Shown one piece after another: positions 54,926 through 64,000 of a DNA stretch of 64,000 bases. The first letter of the stretch is position 1. Each line of letters begins with the position of its first letter. This DNA is from Octopus vulgaris (taxonomy: Eukaryota). The translations under genes and the position numbers were made by a program. The stretch covers positions 212,288,001 to 212,352,000 of the forward strand of contig OX597814.1 of assembly GCA_951406725.2 (NCBI GenBank). Direction: 5' to 3'. The notes below the pieces were generated by a model. The model did not search any database and was not told the DNA's origin. It saw nothing but the letters and a program-made list of their open reading frames with translations.

Positions 54926-55057
54926 CCCCTTATTTCGCTCTCGCGTCTCATGTTTGTTCTTTGACCTCTGGCCGAAATCAGATCGCCATGTTGATTCGTT
55001 AGCTACTGCACGCATTTTTTTCTCTCCTTCTTTCTGTGTTTTTTTCTCTCTGTGTAT

Positions 55058-55095
55058 CCTTTTGTTGAAGAGCGTAGGCTCGAAACGTTAAAGAC
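55058..55095 (+). ncRNA. Degenerate minimal hammerhead motif
   Basis: CCTTT-TGTTGA-A-GAGC-GTAG-GCTC-GAAACGT-TAAAG. Stem II is perfect, but the CUGANGA box is mutated. Confidence 0.55.
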
Positions 55096-55207
55096 TTGTT
55101 TTATTTATATTTCCTGAGCGCCATACTAATACAATTGTTCGTTTGTTTTCCACCTGCCTTCGTCTTTTGTCTATTTTCATAAAGCTTCCCGTTATATATA
55201 TATATAT

Positions 55208-55239
<32 letters not shown>

Positions 55240-55292
55240 GACATATATATATATATATACACATACACCACACACACACACACACACACACA

Positions 55293-55334
<42 letters not shown>

Positions 55335-55341
<7 letters not shown>

Positions 55342-55560
55342 ATAAATATTAGGAATAAATCCAAAATTACAGGAAAAATCAGATTTAGGATTAAATCAAT
55401 TTTATAGTAAAATATTATAAAATATTATTAGAGACAAAACCACTATTTTGCAAAACAAACAAGGAAAGACTTAATCAATACATAAAATTTTTAAATAGTC
55501 AAAAAACCGCCATAAATCGTTTCTTGTCTTGATCGACAATCTTCAGGTGGACTTCAATCA
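55335..55560 (-). mobile_element. PLE 3'/pLTR remnant with hammerhead motif
   Basis: End homologous to 22850-22940; CCAC-CTGAAGA-TTGTC-GATCAA-GACAA-GAAA-CGATTTA-TGG at 55509-55551. Confidence 0.65.
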
Positions 55561-55856
55561 CTTTGGACAATACGTTCATGGGTTTCTGGCAGTAGGCAAG
55601 GTTACCAAGAATATATATATTGGTCTTATGCTGATATGCGTTTTTCAGAAAGCCTCCTCAGATACCGATACAAAGAAGGAACTGTTAACAGAATTACGAG
55701 AATTGCTAGCAAGTCTTCCGGTGACAGAAGATATATATATGCAGGTCTTCAAAAAAGAAACTAGAGATTTAGGAGATATATATATATTTATATACACATG
55801 AGCACACACTGAGACAGTCACACACACACACACACATCTGCAGCAACTCTGTGCCC

Positions 55857-55900
<44 letters not shown>

Positions 55901-55929
55901 TGTTATGCAATATATGATTGTCTCTAATA

Positions 55930-55968
<39 letters not shown>

Positions 55969-58479
55969 GGTAAAAAGTAGTCGTGGCTACCCCAGCGTGA
56001 ACCAATTGTTCATCGAAATTCTTGAAAATGGGAAAAGTTGACACGTTTCAGCGTTGATTTAAACACGTCACCTGGGATGAGAATTGATTCATAATTCGCT
56101 ACTGGCTCAAATGACTTAAACGATATTCTGTTGTGCTCAATCCAGTGTTTTTTATATATATTCTTAGTTTTACATACCACTCGTCTTCACAACGGTGTAT
56201 AACTATTTTACGGTATGGAAAACGCCTGTAAGTGACTCTTGCGTATGCACGGCTTACCTGAAAGAGAACGTGAGTGTAAAGTTTGAATTTTCCATTGCTT
56301 ATTTTGATGTTCTGATTAGAATTAGTGTTCAGCCATTCCCAGTTATTCACCAATACGTCTACGTCGATGCCTCCTTTGCATACACATACATACAAACACA
56401 TACTCATACACACCGCATATATTATGTGCTTAAAGCTTTCGACATATATCTCTGAACATTAAAATATCTTAATATTTAATGCATTAAATTTGCTTAGATC
56501 TTTCAAATACATTACACTTTCGAAGTAGCAGTATACTCTTCTACAATTGTTTTCAAATCTATTGATTCTAATTGCCAACTATATCTCATTTATATCTTCT
56601 ACTTTAAATGTTATGCATTTATTTCAAACGCCATTTTACTCTTTAAGGCATATACATCTAAACAATACATCATTACTTATTATACATAATAAACGATTCC
56701 AGCCAAATATCTCGAATGCATAAATCTTTTTTCACCACTCGCTTTTAGTCAGGGACAAAAATCACTATAATACACGTAATGAACAAAAACAGAAAGATAT
56801 TAAGATTGGAAGATGAATTAGATATCTGAAACAGTTAAATGAAATTTAATTTTACGAGTTATATACGAAATGTATTTAAAGCCTAGCTTCATATTTCCAA
56901 ATTAAATATGATATTAGTGAATTATATTTTATTATTCTAAATCTTTAGAGCTGTATAGATTTTAATATCGTTTCTGGAGGCTACATTTTACAGAAATAAA
57001 AATATCTTTACATTTCGTTCTGAATTTATATCAGGATATCCTACTTTATCTCGCATAACTCGATATATATTCAACAACATATGGTCATAATGCAGTCAAC
57101 TGTAATTATGTTTATCTGAAGACATGTATAACTGGGGAAACAGCAATCTGTTTTAGACAGTTTCTAAATGCTAACATTTCACAAAAATCCTTAATTTATG
57201 TTGGGCATTAACTGTTTTAATGCACCGCAGTATATGTAAAACTTTCAGACTGAATTTGATGTTGACACTGTAATTCATATGATGTAAAGTTTTGAGAAGG
57301 AAGGTATCATATGAATATATGTTTCTGGACATTCTAAATAGAAACATTATTTACTATGCAGAAGAAAGATCATTTTGGATTTGAAATGAAACGAAACGTG
57401 AGATTCGTTCTGACGTCAGATAGCATAGCATATATTTTTTCACTCGAAGATCAATTCCTACCAGTGCTAATATTGATACCCATCCTTAAGAGTTCAATAA
57501 ATACGGAACCATTCCAGGGCAGTTGAGTTATTTGGATTGTCTAACGAGATGCACCTTGGAGTCTGTTTTAATCAGATTATAACGTTAATTACCTTCCTCT
57601 TGATAATAACAATTTCAAGTTTGAAGAATTGTTGGTCCACCATAAAGAAAATAGGTAAGAAGCTTGCTTTAAATTGCAGTTTGGAAAGGAAAACAGTCTT
57701 ACACATTGCATGAAGATTCAAAGAGTATAAAAGTTTTGATAACACGGAAAACTTACAATATAGTTGAGATCTTCAAATACAAACATAAGAAACAAATAAG
57801 TTTATTTTATACAAGCAAGAGTAGAATTCATAAAATAATCTAGATGGTGCATCTCCCCCTCCTATTGCTGAATACCATCTGCTAGGCATTTCAGATTTTT
57901 TCCAGCTTTAAATATTGACTTCAATAACGGATAGTCATTTCCGGTGCCTCACTAACTATGCTAAGTAAGGAGGAACCTATGCCTTCTTGGCAGACGTTAT
58001 TTAGTTGATGATAAGCTATTCGGTTGTTTCTCTTTTCAGAAAGAGACTGATTTCTGACTTCTGTTTGAAGACTTGCTGCTCTCATACCACATTTTTATTA
58101 GCACAACATACCCACCATATATGGCAATAGTTTTCGTGATATAAATGAGGACATAGTTCGCCCTCGCTGATGCACAGCAGCTGTTGATTTCCCATCTTTT
58201 TCAATATTGCTTACTGCTATGGCCGAGGGTTGTGGTCCCTGATTTTCGATTGTCGAGACAAAGGTTAACGATACATTATTTCAATAACCAGGATCTTTGT
58301 AGGCAGGAAAAATGTTTCTGTGACAGAACCCTAACCCTCATCTGTTTTTTTACTTCAATTTTGTCCGAACAGAATGCCTTTAGATGCCTCCAATATTTAG
58401 ATGCAACGCTTTCTATAGAAAATCTGAACCATAAGTCACATCTTTCTTTATGAGTCAACGACGAGGTACTGTGCTGAAA

Positions 58480-58707
58480 GTACGGTGGTGAGTTGGAAGA
58501 AATGTTAGCACGCGAAATGCTTAGCGGTATTTCGTCTGCCACTACGTTGTGAGTTCAAATTCCGCCGAGGTCGACTTTGCCTTTCATCCTTTCGGGGTCG
58601 ATTAAATAAGTACCAGTTACGCACTGGGGTCGGTATAATCGACTTAATCCGTTTGTCCGTCCTTGTTTGTCCTCTCTGTGTTTGGCCCCTTGTGGATAGT
58701 AAAGAAA
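58480..58707 (+). mobile_element. Family A SINE with 17-bp TSD (one mismatch)
   Basis: Reverse-complement match to 693-929; TSD GAGGTA(C/T)TGTGCTGAAA at 58463-58479 and 58708-58724. Confidence 0.92.
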
Positions 58708-60002
58708 GAGGTATTGTGCTGAAATAGGCCTCGTTTCTTATTACCTATTATTAATTGAACATCCATGTTGACAATACCCAAACCTATGGCATTTCCAGTA
58801 AATATGATGCTCATCTATAACAAAATGCCTCTCATCTGTAATAAATGTAACGGTGAACCAAGAGCAAAACTTATCGTGGACAACTTAGCCCTTTTACTTA
58901 ACTACCCCATGTTTGTAACTAGGGTTTATTGGAACTAGTTTCAAGCATCAGCGTAGCCTGCATATGCAGTCTAACGTGAGGCTGGAAACCAGACTAATTA
59001 CTTTGGAGTGCTTCTGAATAATGATTTAATAAACTATGGATGTTAGTCTTGATATCTTGTAGTAAAAAGGGGTGTCATAACGCATTGTATATATTTGCTT
59101 TCACATTTTTTTTACAATTCCGCATCAAAATGTCGAGTAAACAAATACAAATTGTACCTCAAAAGATAAGACGGAAAACGGAAATAATAGATTAGCACAC
59201 ACAACAAAAGGAAAACTATACAAAAAAAGATATTGAGTTGCAAAAGTAAAACGTGTTATATATCTAAAATACAAGTAAAAACATTCTGTATAAGAATATA
59301 ACACACAAAAAAAGCAATACAAAATGAAATGTCACGGAATAAACGTTTACCACAAAAATAAGAATAAATACGGAACCTTAAAATATAGTTTTGATACTGA
59401 AAGAAATTATTTCGAACAATTCAAAAAAAAATTTGAACGATCATGATAATGAGAGAAAAACCTGCACACGCATGCAAAAAATATAATACAATAGCAATAG
59501 AATTAGTGTTAATGTAGTTCGCTTTCTCTATGTTTTTGATTTAATGTTCCCAGAAAATAATACTGCGTGAATCGTGTAAAATTAAACGTTGTCACTTTAC
59601 TGCATTTGTTGATACAATTTAGTATCAAAACATGTAACTTATCCCACGGGGAATATCTGAAATAACAAAACATATAGCATTCTCTGTCGGTATCAACTGT
59701 CCTATAGGCAGAGTTTAATGTGTTTGATAAGGCCATCTGCCACAAGAAACAGCAAATCTTATATTTCGAGTATTTTCTCAAGGATGTACATTGTTGAAGA
59801 GAAGGAAATTGATATTGTTCGTCTTTAAAGTAGGAATCAATTTTTTGTATCATATCTAAAGTCACGTCAAGACTTTCCCATTCTTCCTTACACAATGAGA
59901 GAGGAACGGAAACATTAGATTCCCATTAGATTCTCAAAGATGTTGTCTCATCTTCCTCTTCTATCGTATATATAGATGCATAACAGAGTTTTGGTTTTAC
60001 AT

Positions 60003-60059
<57 letters not shown>

Positions 60060-60274
60060 TACAGACAGACAGACAGAGGCATCCAACGACTATTGAAAAT
60101 GTTGAAGACGCAACGATAATTTTAGTAAAAATAAATAAGTTAATGAGTGGAAATCAAACCGGTGAGTGTGTTATATTGATAAGGCACTAAATGAGAATGG
60201 CTCTCCCTAGACGCAATAAAATATGCTTCAACATACAAATTCACATAAAGAATCTTCCAAACCAAATACAAAAA

Positions 60275-60319
<45 letters not shown>

Positions 60320-61495
60320 AGTATGTATATATATATGCCTATTTGACATTCCCAAGATACAGATAGTCTAGATTACTCTGCTCCCAAAAACAAACAATTC
60401 TCATTATAATGATTCCACTGTCAGTATTTTGGATGTATCTATTTCCATGGCTATCTATTTTCATACATAATTGAGTTCTTTAATCTAGTTCTTAGAAAGA
60501 AATATTACCATATTCGTGTATCTATACGTTAAATAGGATATAGTGTTTTTCCTTAAAGGTCTTACATAAAAATATCCGAATGATTCCCTTTAATCTACGT
60601 CTCTGTGTTAAGCTGCCAACTGTTTGGACCGGTTTTTGACTGAATACATCTGATGGAGTACATTTTCCATAATGAAAAGTCTAAAAACTATAAATAATGT
60701 GTGGGTTATTTTCTCAGTTTTGGGTAGGAATTACAATCAAGAAATAATGTTCTTTTCTTTCAGTTTTCTTTTTATTCTTTTTTTTTCATTTTCAAAGCAT
60801 CCATTTATTCGTACATTATGCACTATAATTTGCTTTTGTAGATGACTAAGAAATTTCTCTTGGGAAATGTTTTTTCTCTTGCTGCGCTAAAAATCCTTCT
60901 GGCACAAATTATTTACGATTTCTTATGTCTTTCTTCACTTCTGCTGTGTATTGTCCAGAATGCCGTGAATTATATACATCTCTCCATTTTGAGTAGGAGG
61001 AATAACAATAATAATTCAATGTTTATACCTAACAATATAAATGTGTAAAATGTGTGTGTATTTATTAATATATGCAGGTATGTATATATGTCAGGTCACT
61101 TTTAATGCTTCTGTCAACATATAAACCATTATAACCTATTGCATGGTCGGGACATCGGCCGGTTAAAGCGGCAAACCTACTGCGCTTGCTCAGAAAGGAA
61201 ACAGAGCAGAAAGAAAAACAAAACCCATTTTGAGGGATGAATCCTATAGATTCAACGTCCATCCAACAACTGGGTGTGAGAGACAACCTATTTTAGTTTA
61301 GGCATCCCTCTGGAAGAATGAAAGTCTGAAATACCACCCACATCATTGCGAAGTCGGGGATGTTGCTCTCCTTTGCTTTTAAACTATTTGGTGTTACACA
61401 TGAGAGATTTAGTAGCATTGTGAAAGTTGTTTATGACTGTAGATTTCAGCACTGATTTTGTTGAGAGATATTGTTTTAAATCTTAAACAAAAATG

Positions 61496-61642
61496 AGGGC
61501 AGGTTCATGGTACCGGCAACTCAGGCAGTCGCCAGGGGCGCATCGTACTAGGAGGCGCCAAGGAGAGCGTTACAATGACAAGAAAATTTACTCGCCAAAG
61601 TTCAGCTTCCCCGAGGCACCAGCTACCCTAGGGCCGGACCTG
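61496..61642. mobile_element. Possible decayed hAT-type MITE
   Basis: GC-rich island with right end CCCTAGGGCCGGACCTG, internal GGCGC motifs and a weakly matching left end. Confidence 0.35.
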
Positions 61643-62181
61643 TCTACAAGTAGACATTCACCATGAATGTATATTTTTCTTCTATTTTTAATATTTTAAA
61701 TTCTGGCGGCTGGAAGTGAAATTAATACGACACTGTGACAAGGCACGTTTAGAGAGAGCGCGAGATATAACAGCGTGCACTTCCCCTTCATTGGTCAACT
61801 GAAGCTTAGACACTGTCACGTGAGAGTTAGCTGGTGCTGCCTGCTGAAGCCTTCCAGTAAGTGTTTCAAGGGAAATTTAGCAGGATGGACATTCGCCCGC
61901 TGCCATTCGTTGATGCCCCATTGGAGAACCTAAAGAAGAAAAGAAAAACAGAGAAAGAATAAACGCATTCAACAACAGAGATGAAGGCAGCTCGGAAAGG
62001 GGGTGCCCCGCCACGTCGAAAACGGTAGAGGAGTAGGGGCCGAAACCGGATGTTGTTCCTCCTGGTGATATATTTAGCCACTGGATCTTATAAAGGAGCT
62101 GTATGGCAGCGAACCATGAAACATGGTTGGAATTCCCCCAGTCATTGTGCCTCATTAATGGATATGTGAACTACTATAAAC

Positions 62182-62233
62182 GCACGCATCCTACTAACTT
62201 CATCCGACAGGATGAAGTTAGTAGGATGCGTGC
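62182..62233. repeat. Perfect 24-bp inverted repeat with 4-nt loop
   Basis: GCACGCATCCTACTAACTTCATCC-GACA-GGATGAAGTTAGTAGGATGCGTGC. Confidence 0.95.
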
Positions 62234-62260
62234 ATATTTTAACACTGTAGCATATTATGT

Positions 62261-62373
62261 AACATGATGAGGTTTCATTTGCTCTGTAGGGGGCGTTCGA
62301 TTCCATTATATCGTACCCTACTCATTTGGAAGCAAAGCAGGTGTAACCCGAAACGATCGTCATGCTAAATAAA
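62261..62373 (+). ncRNA. Degenerate hammerhead motif followed by AATAAA (orphan pLTR-like)
   Basis: AACAT-GATGA-GGTTTCATTTGCT...AGCAGGTGTAACC-C-GAAA-C-GATC-G-TC-ATGCT; lacks the CU of CUGAUGA. Confidence 0.5.
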
Positions 62374-62970
62374 GCTTACAGTACAATCTGTCTCCCTATC
62401 AATTATTTAATATATACTAAAATCGCAACAAGGAATTCCTTGCGTAGATCATGCGACGAAACTGCAGTACTGCCGATGACACCTAGTAGCCGTTTCAGTA
62501 AACGTGCTTTCAAAGCACACTGCTACAGTTAGGTACATAACCAAAACAAGGTTTGGATCCTACATCTTAAAATTTTCTATTTAAACTTTAATTTTAAATA
62601 TAACCTATGTATATGAATACCTACACGTGGGCATGTAAATATGAATATATTACTTCTGTGCGTACATGTGTGCGTGAGCGCACGCATGTTTGCGTGTAAT
62701 AAGATATTTGCTTTTGTGTTAATAGCTAATTTTAAATTGTATTTAATAATTATAATTAATATATCTCTAAACTTAGTTTCTCTATAATTCATAATTCGTC
62801 GTATCATATTTTACAATTATTGAATTTCATAAAATAAAAATTGAATTCATATCCTAATGAATTCCTTATTTTTTATGAGATCATCTTGAAACTAATAAAT
62901 TCAGTTATCAGCCTATTTATTCGTACATGAAAGCTCGTAAAATGTATACGTATTTATAATTTAATATTTG

Positions 62971-63030
<60 letters not shown>

Positions 63031-63036
<6 letters not shown>

Positions 63037-63425
63037 GGAAAACAAACACCTTTTATCAATTCAAAATGAACAATTAATTTACACCATCTAGAAAATTACA
63101 TATAAACAAAATATTAAAATAACAATAAAATGTCAATGATTAAGTAAATTACATATAATAGAAATATCAAAATTAAAATGATAATGTCATTGATTAAGTA
63201 AATGATTAGATATATTAATTTTAATATTTCTATTATATGCATTTTCTAGATGGTGTAATTTAATTGTTCATTTTGAATTAATAAAAGGTTTTTGTTTTCT
63301 AATTTTTCGTATATATATATATATATATATATTATATTATGTGAACTTTGATATAGTATTTCTAAATTGCATTTTTGTCCTTGTAAGTTTGGATTTTATT
63401 CCCTCAAATAATAATTATTATATAT
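63031..63425. mobile_element. Inverted pair of PLE-terminus-like sequences between (TA)n arrays, plus a further PLE end
   Basis: ~85-bp arms (63031-63120 and ~63215-63306) are near-perfect reverse complements and resemble 36301-36375. The reverse complement of 63335-63420 resembles 22850-22935 and 55340-55420. Confidence 0.6.
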
Positions 63426-64000
63426 GTGTATATATATAGTCATATGATTTACTATATTATATTAAGTAGTGAAAATTTCATTCTGAATGGAAAAGCTTGG
63501 TATTTTTCTTGGGTTATTTATCACTCGTGTCAACTTACTTAATTCGTTGGAGCTGACGTTGTTCCTGGTTTTGTTAGTAATGTGCCTTCGTTATTGGGCA
63601 ATATTGAACACACCGTTGCCTTAAATAAATGGTTTGAATGAATTAACTTCTTCACAAGAATTGAGACGAGATTAATCACTTAGCAAATTGAACTGTGATT
63701 CATATAATTACTTTCAGCATCGACTTCAATCTTGTCTGTAAAATCCCTATCAGCGTTATGAGGTGAATGAATCTTACAGGGAGAATTATTACGATAAACA
63801 AGGTATAGGAAATAAAGAAATAATACAGCTTCCTTTTCGGATTACAAAAAGTTGTTTACATTATTTTGTACGGTGTTTGCCAGAAATAAAATCAATAACG
63901 TTACTTACTTCACTCTCCGCACAACGTCTTCTACTTGGAAAACGATTAAATTGCATGCTGTGATTTGTGGATTGTCGTGCTGTCGAGATAATTAGGTGCA

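Larger units (their letters stand above)
53725..55195 (+). mobile_element. 5'-truncated Neptune-type Penelope-like element in (TA)n
   Basis: NLRDLLVHS..PCSRPRCRTC..FTC (Zn linker); frameshift at ~53895; SNIIYCISCSLCNSLYIGQTGRRLADRFAEH..HF (GIY-YIG with CxxC). Pyrimidine tract, minisatellite, hammerhead-like pLTR, (TA)n on both sides. Confidence 0.9.

Noticed and set aside
58845-59080. Possible solo LTR (TGTAAC...AATAAA...GGGGTGTCA)
   Set aside because: Termini are ambiguous, with no TSD or second copy.

Overview
AT-rich, repeat-dense eukaryotic non-coding DNA with no confidently identifiable host gene, rRNA, true tRNA or CRISPR. The microsatellite load and SINE types suggest an octopus/cephalopod genome (inference). 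The main feature is a near-intact ~4.2 kb R4/Dong-clade non-LTR retrotransposon (Myb-like N-terminus, RT, CCHC, restriction-like endonuclease) at 6638-10812. It sits in TAA repeats and is broken only by two single-base deletions. At least eight further R4/Dong fragments, all on the + strand, lie mostly at (TAA)n arrays. A second group, Penelope-like elements (GIY-YIG), lies at (TA)n arrays and carries minimal hammerhead-ribozyme motifs. One hammerhead motif is instead fused to a tRNA-like B-box head (31138-31352). The window also holds several tRNA-derived SINE families (three copies with clear TSDs, tail swapping, a three-layer nest, tails shared with a CR1-group LINE), two non-autonomous Helitrons, Tc1/mariner, Tigger and L1/Tx1 remnants, MITE-like foldbacks and perfect hairpins. 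Most short ORFs in the track are microsatellite translations. All calls come from reading the sequence by eye; no searches or folding programs were run.
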